Positions 11,234-25,228 of a stretch of 64,000 bases of DNA are shown piece after piece. This DNA is from Eledone cirrhosa (Eukaryota). The notes beneath the pieces were generated by a model. It worked only from the letters and a program-made list of their open reading frames with translations, did not search any database and was not told the origin of the DNA. The stretch covers positions 94,736,001-94,800,000 of the forward strand of contig OZ024741.1 of assembly GCA_964016885.1 (NCBI GenBank). Reading direction: 5' to 3'. Position 1 is the first letter of the stretch. The number at the start of each line of letters is the position of its first letter. The position numbers were made by a program, and so were the translations under genes.

Positions 11234-12991
11234 TCATCATCATCATCATCAAGGTTTAGCGTCCATGTTCCACGCTTGCATGGGTTTGGACGGGGGTTTT
11301 CCCACTTGAGGCAAGGGTGGTTGTCTTGCTCGCATAGGACTATCTGGCGGGTTTTCTACAGCTGGATGCCCTTCCTAACACCAACCACATTTACAGTGTG
11401 GGTCTGGGAGGTTTTTACCGTGTTGCCTACACGGCCACATTACAGCGTGGACTGTGTGTTTTTTTGTCGTGACACCTACACGATCTCATTTGTTTCGGCC
11501 TGGATGTTGTGGCACCAACATAACTTTACATTGAAAGGGGCGGTGTGGATGGGGTGGGGATGGTGGGACGGGGGGGTGTTTTGATAGAGATGCCTACTGA
11601 CTGTAGTAGGTTTTACTTTGTATTTAGGTAAGGCGGGTCTTCTCTATTACTGAGTACCGCCAAAGGTCTCGGTCCAGTGACATTGTCTTGGAGAGGTGTA
11701 AGCGTGTGAGGTCGGAATTTATCATGTCGTCCCATGTTTTTCTGGGTCTGCCTACTCCGTGGCTACCGTCTATCTTTATTGCCCTACACTTTGTTATACA
11801 GCTGTCGTCTTTCATGCGCATCACGTGACCATACCAACGTAGCCTTCTCTCGAGTAAACAACATCTGATCCCTCTTATTTCTAATTTTTTCCTTAGTTCG
11901 TTTATGCTTAGCCATTCACGTATATTACTATTGCACATCCAGCGGAGCATGCAAGCTTCGTTCCTCTCTAGTCTGCGTATATCCTCTGCACACAATGCCC
12001 AGGTCTCACTGCCATGCAGCATTGCTGTTCGTATGCAGGCATCGTATAACCTGCCTTTCATTTTTAGGGAGAACCCTTTAGCGGCTAATAGTGGTATAAG
12101 CTCTCTGAACTTTTTCCATCCAGTTCTGACTCTAGCTACTGTACTTTCAGAGCACCCTCCCCCACTGCTGATTTTGTCACCCAGGTAACGGAAGCTGTCC
12201 ACTATTTCTATAGAACCCTCTGCGCAATTGAAAGAGCTAGTATTTTGTGGGCACTTGCTGCTACTTATTGCACCAGAGCACCGGCCACATGTAAAATCTA
12301 TGTTCTTAGTTAGCTTACCTGTGATCCCACTACATCTTTTATGCACCCATACTTTGCATTTGGGACATAAAATGGAGTTTCTACCTACGCCTTTCCTACA
12401 CACTGAGCATGGCCATTTCCCGGAAGGGACCGGCGCCTTATTTTCTTTCCTACAAACTAGAACTTTAGTCTTAGCCAGGTTAATTTTAAGGCCTTTTGAT
12501 TATAGGCTGTGCTTCCATGTTTGGAATTTCTTCTCTAGTTCGGTCATTGATTCAGCTATGAGCGTTAGATCATCTGCGTATAGGAGTTCCCATGGGCAGC
12601 CGGTCTTGAACTCCTCTGTTATAGCCTGAAGGGCAATAATAAATAGTAGGGGGCTAAGAACAGAGCCCTGATGGACACCAACTTTTACGCTAAACTCTTC
12701 ACTATATTCGTTGTTAATTCTAACCTTGCTGACTGTTTCTTTATACATGGCTTGTATAGCTCTGACAAGCCATTCGTCAACACCTAGTTTTCTAAGAGCC
12801 CACCAGATAATGGAACGGGGGACTCTGTCGAAGGCTTTCTCCAAGTCAACAAAAGCTAAGTATAGGGGTTTACTTTTAGCTAGGTACTTCTCCTGTAGTT
12901 GTCGTACAATGAAAAGAGCGTCTGTGGTACTTTTGCCTGACACAAACCCGAACTGCATTTCATCTAGATCAATTCTCTCTCTGATTAGTTG
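11234..12991 (-). mobile_element. 5'-truncated RTE-like LINE (copy 1)
   Basis: RT motifs QFGF, FVDLEKAFDRV, GVHQGSVLSP, YADD; Cys/His finger; WYGHVMRM; one premature stop; 3'UTR ending in (GAT)n. Confidence 0.95.
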
Positions 12992-13024
12992 GAGAATTGA
13001 TTTAGATATATCCAGGGATATATA

Positions 13025-13104
<80 letters not shown>

Positions 13105-13634
13105 AGGGAGTGCCTAGACTCAAAGAGGCTCACAATCAAAATGAATTAACAGACCTTATGTTACTTGCAATTGCTCACCACACCGTTAGCTATACTTCAA
13201 TCTAGTCACGCATTTTCAACTCACTACAGAATGCACACTTTTATTTTTCAGCATATGTAAAGCAACTCAAGGCTCCATATAACTAAAACCAACATAGATC
13301 TCGATCCCACATTTTTCAAATCATTTTCTATACATGCATCTTTGATGAGTGATGAGTTGTAGTGCACCTGAGCACTGTACACAATAATTTCATTATTATT
13401 ATTATTATTATATACAGAACTTATGTAATACAGAACTTATGTAATATGACAGCTGCAGCTTGATAATGTCTGTCTTCTCTCTACCAGCTGGTGGTGCAGT
13501 CTGTGGTTGGTTTATGGTGTATAGGGATGCAGCCCGGCGGTTGGTTTAACAGAGTTATGTGTGCACAATGCCAGTTGGTTTACGGTATTTTCCTAGTATT
13601 TTGTTTACGAGTTAGGACAATCAATGGTCTTACT

Positions 13635-13709
<75 letters not shown>

Positions 13710-13824
13710 CGTCTAACCCATGCTAGGGTAGAAGATGGACGTTAAACGAAGATGATGATGACATATATAATAATAATAATAAAAGGATGATTTGTTATGA
13801 CTTCATTACGTTTATTGAGTGGTG

Positions 13825-14049
13825 CCACACATTTCGCTATTGATCAGCTAAAGGTTTGATCTGAATCGATCTGGCCCGACTCTGGAATAAAAAAACTCGT
13901 CGGGTAATGACAGAATGAACATATAGAGCCTAGGCTCTATATGTTCATTCTGTCATTACCACAGCAGAGGTCTGACAAGCTTTTGATTTCAGAGTTGGTC
14001 CAGATCAATACAGATCGAACCTTGAGCTGATCAATAGCAAAATGCGTGA
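13825..14049. repeat. Imperfect ~225-bp palindrome with perfect 58-bp core; arms carry a degenerate hammerhead with extended stem II
   Basis: 13903-13960 is perfectly self-complementary (centre gagcct|aggctc). Arm consensus CTGACGA-GCT...AGC-GAAA-YGYG-T; each arm has core mutations. Confidence 0.75.
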
Positions 14050-14051
14050 CT

Positions 14052-14533
14052 AACAGTGTGAAACAGAATCTGTCAGCTTCTCTCCCTTCCTTTGCCGAAA
14101 AAAGAAGTAAGTGACATAGTCACTACTTTAAAAATAATAGCACAAGACCTTCAAAATGTTTTTAATTAAACATACGGTATATTGCCAAATATACTATACA
14201 TACATTCATGTATACATCGCTATTTCAGAGCACCAATCCTAATTTTTAATTTTTGCTGGATCGGCAATCATTCTGTGTAATCAGTTCCTGATTATTTTTG
14301 GAATTCTATAAGAATCCAGCCTCTATAATTTTCAGCAAAGGCAGGGAGTACGATGCTCTGAGGATTGCCAACAGCGTGAAACAGAATCTGTCAGTTTCTC
14401 TCCCTTCCTTTACCGAAAAAAGAAGTAAGTGACATAGTCACTACTTTTGAAATGATAGCGCAAGGTCTACAAAATGTTTTTAATTAAACATACAGTATAT
14501 TACCAAATATACTATATATACATTCATATATAT
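14052..14533 (+). repeat. Two ~165-bp direct repeats (starts 14052 and 14370) immediately after the palindrome
   Basis: aacagtgtgaaacagaatctgtcag...aagaagtaagtgacatagtcactac...catacattcat occurs twice with scattered substitutions. Confidence 0.9.
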
Positions 14534-15087
14534 ATATATAAGAAAAATGGAGTGCTGCGTGGTTGCACATGGGTTACATATGAATAAAATTAGTCCTTCA
14601 TCAGTGATGTTCCAACCTTCATTGGTATTTCATCGCTTTAAAAATCATATACCTCTGGTTGGTGTGAGCAATCAATAACTAAATACAGTTATTGGGACAA
14701 GTAAAATGGGGTAAAACGAGCGAGACATGTAAACAAACAAAGATGGTATTGCAACAGAAAGATAGGAAGAGACAAGTACATGATATCTGTAAGTTTAAGC
14801 TTGGTGAATTCATGGACGAGAGATACAGACCATCCGTTATGGGTGAGGTGTGAGTGAGAAAAGGATTTCACACAGGTCAAACAGGAGGAAGTGAGAGAAA
14901 TATATATAGTATATGGATTTATAGGTTTAAGCATATCTAGTTGAGGAATACAACCTATGTAGTAAACAAAACAAAACAACAACAGCATAGCAACAAGAAT
15001 AACAACCACAATTGACAAATTAGCCCAACTCTCCATGTAGGTCTCCCTGCTGTGCTATAGAATATACAGGTTAGGGTTAGGTAAGGG

Positions 15088-15600
15088 ACACTGACACACT
15101 GAAAACACACATACATTGACATGCACATACACACACACACACTGACACACACATACACTGACATGCACATACACACACACACACATACACTGACATGCAC
15201 ACACACACTGACACACACATACACTGACATGCACATAAACACACACACACACACTGATACACATATATATACACTCACATATACTGACACACACACACAT
15301 ACACTGACATGCACACACATACACACACACACACTGACACACATGTACACACACAGACACATTGGCATGCACATGTACACACACAAACACACACACACTG
15401 ACACATGTACACACAAACACACACACACTGACATGCACATGTACACACAAACACTGACACACATACACAGTGGCACAGACATAGATCTATATTCACTGCC
15501 ACGTGCAATTGCATAAATATACACATGCATGCACATGTAGACATACATACACACATGCTGATGCAACTGAAGAGTTACACAAATGTACAGACACACACAC
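15088..15600. repeat. Complex CA-based repeat with recurring CACTGACA(TG) units
   Basis: Direct reading. Confidence 0.9.
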
Positions 15601-15904
15601 AGAGTTGGATTTAGATCTTGTGGGGCCCGGGACACCTCAGTTTTTTGGGGCCCCCTGATACACAAAAACTTAGAATACACAGTAAACCCCCCAATTTTAC
15701 ATATCAAAGTTAGCTTGGCACAAGTAATTTGAATTGAAATTTTATACATAAAGGTATTAAATTCAAAAATGTTAACCATCATAAAATTAAAAAGCCCAGC
15801 TGAGGGCACAAATAAATTGCAATGGCCATTGCTGGTGGCCAGCCTCCCTACTGCAGGGAGCCCGGGGTAATTGCCCTCTTTACCCCCTATTAAATCTGGC
15901 CCTG
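15600..15904. mobile_element. MITE with CAGGGCCGGATTTA-type termini inside a (CA)n array; related end at 63682
   Basis: cagagttggattta ... taaatctggccctg. Confidence 0.55.
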
Positions 15905-15954
15905 CACACACACACACAACTTCTCAGGGAATGTGTTACAACTAAAGTAGTATA

Positions 15955-16142
15955 CAGAGAAATTCCGTTATAATGAAATTTACGGGGTATAAAAAAAAAT
16001 TTGTTGTAACGAAAAATTCTTTATAACAAGATTGACTGAAACAAATCAAGCGTTTGTATGTTATTGCCTTGAGGATTGAAAACAATTTTGTTATACTGAA
16101 AAATTTGTTATAATGGTATTCGTTATAACGGAATTTTACCTG
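15955..16142. mobile_element. Tigger/pogo-like MITE
   Basis: TA-cagagaaattccgttataatgaa ... ttcgttataacggaattttacctg-TA. Confidence 0.85.
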
Positions 16143-17549
16143 TATATAGATAACAATAATCATAAAATTACAATTTCAAATCTTGAGATTACAACAGCTT
16201 AAACTGACCAATCTGACCAAAATTTGGTCCTATCAATATTTCATATTTGGAGGAAGACATTTACAATAAGCCTCTACATAGCCACTCAGTCTACTAGAAA
16301 TAGCAGCCAAATTCACTTCAAATCACACTTGCCTGTGTTAAAAAAAATGAAGCAGTCACTGGATAATGTAGTCCAAGATATACATTGTGTCTAAATAAAA
16401 GGTGGATTGAACACAGCTGGAAGGCTTTGAGCATAGGACTAAACAACAAAAACAAGTAATAGTTTATAAAAATGATTGGTTTCCGTTTAAATGACTGTCT
16501 AACTTATGTTGGCAAGGTGTCATCATCATCATCATCATCATCACTAACACCACCTCGACAAGCACCACCTTCACAACCACTGCCACCCACCCCTATCATC
16601 ATCATCAACAACAACATCGTTTTTACATTTGTTTTTTCCATAGTGACATGAGATAGATGGGATATTTCTTTAGATAACATTTAACCCTTTAGCATTTAAA
16701 CTGACTGTATCCGGCCAGAATTCTCTCCCTCTTTCTGTTCAAACTGGCTGTAACTGGCTGGCCACTCATACTGACGTTAAAGTATTGTTCTTAAAATAAA
16801 TAACATCAAAATCTCGTAGATTCGATATTATGTGAAACAATTATGTGAAAATACAATAGTAAATATAAAGTAATGTAAATATTAAAAGGTTAAAAGCCAG
16901 AGGACTATCCTAACAACAACTATTTTAGTCACTTCTTACAACACATAAAGATATAGAGTATCTATTCCAAAAACCAAGATACACACTGAATATATGAATG
17001 ACAAAAATTCAATGCAATGCTTTCTAGCATTAGCTTATGATCACAGATTTGATAGCAGAGACTGATAGGAAGAGCATGGTTCATTGAATCAACTTCTGCA
17101 TGTTTCGGGTTATGTTTTTATTGATCCTGGATGGAGGGAAAAGCAAAGCTGACTCTAATGTGATTTAAACGTAGAAAATAAAACATTATGTAACTAAATA
17201 CTAATAAACAAAAATGAGTAAAATGACCCTTAATTCCTGATGGATTTATAGGGAAGATTTTCCTGACACCCAGCATATCTTGAGCATTTTAAACCAGCTG
17301 GAGCCCATCCCTCTCTAGGCCAGAACACAGCTGATTTCTTCCAGAGAGAGAAATCAGCCGCAGTATTGGACCGGTACTCTATTTATTAACCTCAAAATGG
17401 TGGAAAGCCAGAACAGTCAGCCAGAATAAATACCAAGGGATTTTTTTTTTAATTTGGTGCCCTAATAAATCTCTCAATTTTCCGCCTTAACTAAATACTA
17501 CTTTGAATTTTGTCTGACAGTCTTTTGCTACTCCATCATCATCATCATT

Positions 17550-18170
17550 GTTAACTTTGCCTTTCACTCTTACGGGGTCAATAAAATAAAGTACCAGTAA
17601 TACACTGGATAATAGCTGGTCTTGTGCCAAAAGTAGAAACAATTATTATCATCCTCATCATTTTTACATCAACCGGTGGATTGGCAGTATCAGTAGAGGG
17701 TCGGACGCCATGCTTTCCAGCATAGTTACGTCCCTTTACGATCTGAGTTCAAATCCCGCCGAGGTTGACTTTGCCTTTCATCCTTACGGGGTCGATAAAA
17801 TAAAGTACCAGTAATGCCCTGGGTAATTGCTGGCCTTGTGCCTAAAGTAGAAACAATTATTTTTACATCAACCTTTCCATGCATGCATGAGGTGGGGGGG
17901 ATGTTTTTAGGCAATGTTTTACATACAGTTGGATGCCGTTCAGGTTTAAAATTAAGACCACTTCACTGCATTAAAAATAATAATAATAAGGATTTCTTAC
18001 ATTGGCACAAGATAAGAAATTTGTACTGTGGCAAATTGGCAGAGTCATTAGAATGTTGGATAGAATGCTTTATGGTAATCGTTCCGACTCTCTGCTCTCT
18101 GTGTTCAAATCCCACCGAGGTCAACTTTACGAGGTCGATAAAAAAAAAGTACCCGTCTAGTACTGGGGTT
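17550..18170 (+). mobile_element. Dominant SINE copies (partial 17550-17648, full 17674-17862, older 18030-18170)
   Basis: Same A/B box and central domain as 2140-2333. Confidence 0.85.
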
Positions 18171-18539
18171 GATTCTTCCTCTCTCTGGCAAAAATCTGTT
18201 GTACTCAGGCCTAGAGAAAGATGGGCTCTGCCAGGCTTAAAATGCCCAGGAAACGCTGTATGACAATATGTCGCCATTACAATTCAATCAGGAATTACAG
18301 AACCATACCATACCAAGAAATTTGTAGTGAATGAGATATAATGAATTAAAGTTCCTTTGCATTTTATTGGTATTATTTTATTGTGCTTGGAAGAATGAAA
18401 GGTAAAGTCGCCCTGCGTGAACTTGAACTGAAAAACCAATGGTTGACAGACTGAACACTGTAGCGTATTTATTTAGTACAGCATCTGACCATTTCTGCCA
18501 AGTTACCACTTCTAATAACAGAAATAATCAATGATAATG

Positions 18540-18925
18540 AAAGTAGTGGTGCTAAGGGTAGTGATGGTGGTGGTGTTACTGCTGCTGCTGGTGATGGGAG
18601 GGGGGGGGGCTAGTGGTAGTGGTGGTGCTGTTGCTGTTGCCAGTGATGGGTGGTGTCTGTGGTAGTGGTGGTGGTGGTGCTTCTGCTGCTCGTAGTGCTG
18701 GTGGTGGTGGTGGTGGCAGTACTGCTGGTGATGGAGATGGTGGTGCTAGTGGTAGTGGTGATGGTTGTGGTGCTGGTGCTGGTGATGAGGGGTGCTAGTA
18801 GTAGTGGTGGTGAAAGTGGTACTGGTGATGGTAGTTGAGTTGGTAGCAGTGACAGTGGTGCTGGTGCTGGTGCTTGTACTGCAGGTGGTGTAGCAGTGGC
18901 AGCAATGGTGATGGTGGTGTGAGTG
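18540..18925. repeat. (GGT)n-type trinucleotide array; similar arrays at 19060-19160, 19650-19785, 21660-21905, 28160-28280, 28690-28800, 29575-29720
   Basis: Direct reading. Confidence 0.9.
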
Positions 18926-19779
18926 AACTGCAAAAACTAGATCATCTAGAAACTGCTTGTATCTAGAAACAATAATGGCTCATTGCAGGTGAGCATCCTT
19001 TGGTCCAAGGTTTGGACTTGGTTGCTTGGCAATCAAGCAAGCATGCAAGAGAAGCATAGATAATAACACTAATAAGATTAATAACAACAACAGCAGCAGC
19101 AATAATAATAATAATAATAACAATAATAACAATAATAATAATAATAGTAATGATAATAAATCAAGGGGAGAAGTAGAAAAGGAGACAGAAGCCGAGGGGA
19201 GGTTGATTTCTTAAACAGGCCTAAGGCAGACAGACGTTGCAACTTGTTTGACGAGTTCTCCATGTTTAGATTGGTTGTCTGTTAGTGACCATGGTGCCAA
19301 GTTCTAGAATACTCTCTTTCTATTTTAAAAATGGAACAGAGATATTTTAAAATGTTGATTGATTTTAGGCAGAGTTCATTCTACTGTCTGATTATTTCAC
19401 TGTTTGTTTTATTTTATTTTATTCTATTATCTATTATTTTATTTTTTCAGCTTTAGGAATTGTTTACATAATTATACAAATATTCCCAATCATTTTAGAT
19501 CAGTAGCTTGATTGTATAGGACCAAATATGAGTTCTTTGATTTTTTAAACCTGGAAGAATTAACTGGACAAAGAAAAAGGGGAGGTAATCCTGCCTAGCA
19601 GTTTAGTTATATTCATACAAGCCTGCACCCCCACTTAATATAGTGTTGCTTCTGTTGTTGTTGTTGTTGTAGTTATTGTTACTGTTGCTGCTGTTGTTGC
19701 TACTCCTGCTGTGGTTATCGACATTGTTGTTGTCGCTGCTGCTGTTGTTTTTGTTGCTGCTATTGTCAGCCTTATTGTT

Positions 19780-19920
19780 GTTGTTGTTTAACCCCAGGTC
19801 AGCTCTGATCAAGCAGACCTAGGATCACAATGTTCCGGACTTGATGATCTAATTTTTTGATATATCTACAACTACATTGTCTAATATATCCTGTTTTATT
19901 TTCTAAGATACTAGGGTTTC
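19780..19920 (+). repeat. Unclassified dispersed repeat; copies ~700-845(-), 16270-16450(-), 25285-25470, 25510-25670, 59010-59210, 60170-60260
   Basis: ttgttgtttaacccc.ggtca.c.ctgat...gcagaccta.gatca...ttcc; ggctgctatttctag. Confidence 0.6.
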
Positions 19921-20231
19921 AGTTGTTTTGACTTCATAGTAGATTGGAGATCAAATATTTTATAGATGTACCTTGAATAGGTAGAGGGGCCTGTTCAAAA
20001 AATATATTGCAATCTCCACCCAACGCTGCAAGAACTGGTGATGGGCCTGCGACCTGTCTTGTGAGGCATAGGATATAAACACAATGGTTACATATTCCAA
20101 GACCCCAGAGAGGGTCTCAAAGAGAGCAAAACTTTAAAAATTGTTACCTTGAATAGAAAAGTTAAAAATTTAGAAAAAAAAAAAGTATTAAAATACTATT
20201 GTTTAATATATTTATTTAGTATACTTGTGTG

Positions 20232-20520
20232 TGAAAGCACATGACTTTGTGGTTAGGGTATTTGACTCAAGGTCGTAAGGTCATGAGTTCGATTCTTAGC
20301 AGCACGCTGTGTCCTTCAGCAAGACACTTTATTTCACGTTGCTCAAGTCCATTCAGCTGGCAAAAATGAGTTGTACTTGTAATTCGAAGGGTCAGCCTTG
20401 TCACATTCTGTGTCACGCTGAATCTCCTTGAGAAAAATACATTATGGGTACACATGTTTGTGGAATGCTCAGCCACTTTTACGTTCATTTCTTGAGCAGG
20501 CTGTTCTGTTGATTGTAACC
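20232..20520 (+). mobile_element. Second tRNA-derived SINE family
   Basis: A box (catgactttgtggtt), B box gagttcgattc, then tgtgtccttcagcaagacactt. Same head as 48317; a decayed minus-strand tail lies at ~34620-34770. Confidence 0.75.
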
Positions 20521-21259
20521 GACTAAAATTTGTGTCTAACAAAATTCTGAATAACACATTTTCCAAGATGTTCAAACATTAGTATGTATTTTCTACAACC
20601 TTAAAATATATTTTCAAAAGTCTCCAATGCACCTAGGTTATTAGTTGGCAGCACACCAATGTGCCATGGCATCCCATTTGAGAACTACTGTGCTAGGATG
20701 TAATTCAACGGAATATGGGAACTATTTCTAACAAGTCGAGTATCCACATAGTAGCTCCCATTTAGGCCATCCTACTGTAGTTGTGTAGCCTGAAATCAAG
20801 GTTTGCATTGACCAATACTTTGTGAGTGAAATTTGGTAGACAGAAACCTATTATACACACACACACACGTGTGTGCGTGAGTATGCATGAATATGTGTGT
20901 GCCTGTGTCTACATCCGAGCACCATTCTAAAAACTGGTATTCTTTATGTTGAGTCCTTTTATGCTCTGTAACTTAACAGTTCAACAATTACAGTACCAGA
21001 TTGAAATAAGTACTGTAATAAATAGGATTGACGAAAAAAACACATCGACGGTGGTGGTGCTCCAGTATGGATATAATTCAATGACTGAATGTAGTAAAAG
21101 AGTATTGATTTTTGAAAATTCGAAATTATATTGCTGTGCTGAGGCAGTATAGCCATTTCTTCTCTAACTTTCAGCTCTTAACCCTCAATATCACAGAGGC
21201 AAATATATTGGACTACTGGCCACAGGCATTAATTCAGATTTCATTATAGGCAAAATCAT

Positions 21260-21645
21260 TAGAACGGACATGCTTTACAGCATAGAGTTATGGCCCTTTA
21301 TGTTCTGAGGTTAGCTTAGCCTTTCATCCTTACAAAGTAGATAAAATAAAGTACCAGTAACATACTGGGTTGATTTAATCAACTTTCCTCTCACCCAAAA
21401 TTGTTGGCCTTGTGCCTAAATCAGAAACCATTATTGGCAGTATCATAAGAGTGTCAAATAAAATGCTTTGTGGTATTTGTTTCTGCTATTTACATTCTGA
21501 GTTCAAATCCCACTGAGGCCAACTCTCCCTTTCATCTTTCCAGTGTCAATAAAGTGAAGTACCAGTCAAGTACTGGGGCTGATATAATCGACTTTCCCCA
21601 TTCCCTTCAAATTGCTGGCTTTGTGCCAAAAGTAGAAATGATTAT
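21260..21645 (+). mobile_element. Two tandem older copies of the dominant SINE
   Basis: Central domain and ggccttgtgcc tail occur twice. Confidence 0.75.
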
Positions 21646-24600
21646 TGTTCTCAGCTCTATCTCCACCACCACCATCATTACTATCCCCATCACCATCACC
21701 ACCACCACCACCACCCCTATCATCATTACCATCATCATCACCATTGCCACCACCATTAACATCATCATCACTATCACCACCACCATCATCATTACCATTA
21801 CCACCACCATCACCATCACTATTACTATCACCACCACCACAAGCTACTGCCATCACCACCACCATTACCATCACTACCACCACCACCATTGTCATCACCA
21901 CCACTTACTGTCATCCTCAAACCAAAGAAGGAATCCCTCTGTTGCCAAAATAGTTATGGCCTCTGTGAAACTGTCGTAGACTTTTTGAGTACAACTGTGT
22001 TCAAAGAACAATGTCACTTTAGGCAATGTTCCAGCAATGCCACTGTGTTTCTTGTGCATTAATTCATTACTATGAAAACATAATATTGAATTTTTTACAA
22101 TCTCTTATCCTACATTCTAGACAAAGCTACTTATTCTTTTACTGGTTTTAGTCATTAGACAGCAACCATACTGGTGCATTGCCTTCACGAGTTTAGTCAG
22201 TTATATGGACCCCAGTACTAATTTGATCAATCTCTAATTATCAAACTACAAACTTTCTGATCATAAACAACAATACCACTTTTTAATCTTCTGGATGCTA
22301 CAGACACATTATGTCACCAATAGAGTAATATCCCCTTAATACATAATGCAGTGCCAAGGGAAGCAATTCATTAAAAAGTTTAGCATACTAAAGATTAAGA
22401 AATGTAAACACACATGGCCACCAAGTTTCACTTACATGGCATTGGTTAACCTAAGATACTTGTCTAAGGTGGTATGCAGTAGGGCTGAACCTAAAACCAC
22501 ATAATTGCAAAATAAATTTCTTAACCATATCACCATGCCTGCACCTACCTCTTTACTCATGAAGGTTATTTCTTTTTAGTCATTAGTAGCTGTCTCCTTT
22601 GACATGCAACACAGATATGACTAGCTTTGATTTTATGATACAAAACTGTCCATTTTAAAGTATCTTCTTCACCCACATATTCTTGAAATGGCTACAGCAG
22701 CAGAGTCCTCAAACATGTCTTCCATAAGGTCCTATTAGTAGCAACCATTTCCAACTGGTTCATTTGGATCCCAAAGTGAAACCAACCAAGCTTATTGATG
22801 TTATCCACTCCTATGGCTGGTGGTCTACTTCTGGGTCTCCTGCCAATTGGCTTTGACCATAAATTCTGTCCAGCGATTCTTTCCTTAGAAATTCTCACCA
22901 TCTGTCCATAGTATCAGAGCTGTAATCTCCAAGTTACATACCCTCTTGAATAACAGTGCTCCAAATACCATTGAGAGGAACCACATTTCAGCCACCTGTA
23001 TTTGTGATCATGTTCTTTTGGTCATTATCAAAGATTCATGACCATGGATAAAAGAAGGTATGACCTCCAAATTAATGTGTTCATATTTAAATTAAAATCT
23101 TCCATCATCATTCTATGTAAGAACTCTTTTGGTAAGTTATGTTCCAAACACAAGCTTAATAATGAAATTGCCAAATATTTTATAAAATCCTTCCAAAGTA
23201 TTGATTATTTTCTAACTGACCCATATAGCAAGTGTATTTTATTTGAAACATGATCAAGAAAATAGTTAATAATATTATCAAATCCATTCATGTTTTATAT
23301 TCAAAGTTTCTTTTCAAAGTCCTTTGAAAATGTTCATGCAGGTAGACAATGAATTGCTATAGGTGGCAAATTGGCCATTAGAGTAATTAAAATATAAAAC
23401 AAAATGCCATGATATTTTTCCTGCTCTTTACACTTGGGTGCCTTTAGTAGAGTACCAGAGTGCATGCTGTTCCAAGCATTCGGGTCAGGTTCCTGGTTGG
23501 AGGATACCTTTTCTCTCCTTCCCATCAACTTGGAGATGCTGAAAATAGTCATGGATATTGCTCTTCTCTCCCTAAAACAGTCAAAAGAAATTCTTCAATG
23601 ACAAACCAAGCATTTTTAATGAGAAATTTATAATTATGTTTAATTTAGAAATTAAATTATCAATACAAGAAAGAAACCTGGCAGAGTGATTAATGATTCT
23701 TAATGAGTAATTAATTCAACTTAATAAATTCATTAGTCAACAAATCATTGATTTATAATTCTCTGATAGTGTTTTAATAGGTAAGATTTGAGATTTTTAT
23801 GAAACATATTAGAAGTAATTGCTTCCCTTCCAGACAGGAGAATTATTAATGCCATATTTCTTTACAAAGAGGAAGCTTGATGAAATAGCAGAGATGATAG
23901 TGTTCAATAAAATACCCTGCAATTTCATTTGTTTGTTGTTTTTCCTTAAAGTTTATCCCACTTTCACTGTACATTTATCATGACATTTCAATGGGCCTTA
24001 AAAATGCTTAGCAGTGCTTATCTCCTCTCCAAGTATCCAGTCCCTCACTAAGTTTAGCCTGCCAGCAGAAACAGTTACCCAAGTGTAGCTGAAAAAGTTC
24101 TCAGAACCAGAAGTAAGAACCATGTGAGAACTAGTGTACCTGTCCAACCTTAAGGATGCTGCTGCTGGTCATCAAGCCATTCTATCTACCTGAACACCCC
24201 AATACAGGGTCTTCTTGTCTTGACATTGATGCAACTGAAATGTTGCTCCAATCAATGCCTCACTTCATCTGATATTCAAGACCTATCACTATTATCCAGA
24301 TCCCTCAAACCCCATTTCCCACAAGGAGCCTGGTGATAGGAAACAGAATTTGAGCCCAGAATGCAAAGAGCCAACACAGACACTACGAAGAATTTTGTCC
24401 AATGCTCTTAACAATTCTGCCAATTCACCACCCTGATCCCTACTTTAGCTATCACTCATCAATTACAAGGAAAAATATGCTGAGCTGGGCTCCTGTTGGA
24501 TACAGTTTCTTTGAAAGTAACTGGAATGAGTTATCTACAGAAGAAGACATCAATAGAAAGAAGCAGACTAACATGGAAGATTAAACTCACTTACACTCCA

Positions 24601-24822
24601 ATTCTTTGATGTCAAAATAGACTTATTCAACTATCTCAGAAAATAAATAAATTCAATGGAATTAAATCCTCAATACTGAGAAGTGACAATCATCAGAGTA
24701 TAGTTAGAAAAGATAAGTAGAGTTGTGACATAGTCATTGAGTGATAGTAGTATTCTAGTTATAATCGGTGGTAAATAATAATAGTAATGGGGTAAGTCTT
24801 AGTGGTATATATATATAGATAT

Positions 24823-25228
24823 AATGATTTCTGATTTAGGCACAAGACCAACAATTTTGTGTGTGTGGGGGGGGGGGGGGGTGATTAAATCGACTCTAGT
24901 GCATTACTGATACTTTATTTTATTGACTCCATGAGGATGAGTGGCAAAGCTAACTCAGAACACAAAAGGATGTAACTCTATGCTGCAAAACGTTGTCCAA
25001 TGCTCTACCGATATTGTCAATCCACCGCCCATGTATATATAAACATAATTATTTCTACTTTTGGCACAAAGCCAGCAATTATCCCAGTACATTACTGGTA
25101 CTTTATTTTATCGACCCCATAAGGATGAAAGGTAAAGTTAACCTCGGTGGGATTTGAACTCAGATCGTAAAGGGATGTAACTATGCTGGAAAGCATGTCC
25201 GACCCTCTACCGATACTGCCAATTCACT
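24823..25228 (-). mobile_element. Two tandem dominant SINE copies
   Basis: Same diagnostic motifs. Confidence 0.85.

Noticed and set aside
11904-12629. ORFs antisense to the LINE RT genes (also 37668-38387, 51021-51635)
   Set aside because: Shadow ORFs of the coding strand.
18610-18933. Thr/Pro/His/Val-rich ORFs (also 21470-21979, 29542-29763, 30319-30711)
   Set aside because: Trinucleotide arrays open in several frames; no splice or domain support.
23334-23572. Minus-strand acceptor-like ttcttttgactgttttag and a 72-aa ORF
   Set aside because: No strong donor, and inclusion would disrupt the signal-peptide join; cannot be supported without RNA data.
24000-24600. Possible recombinase or exon-like segment
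   Set aside because: Part is an old SINE head on the minus strand; the rest gave no recognisable motif.
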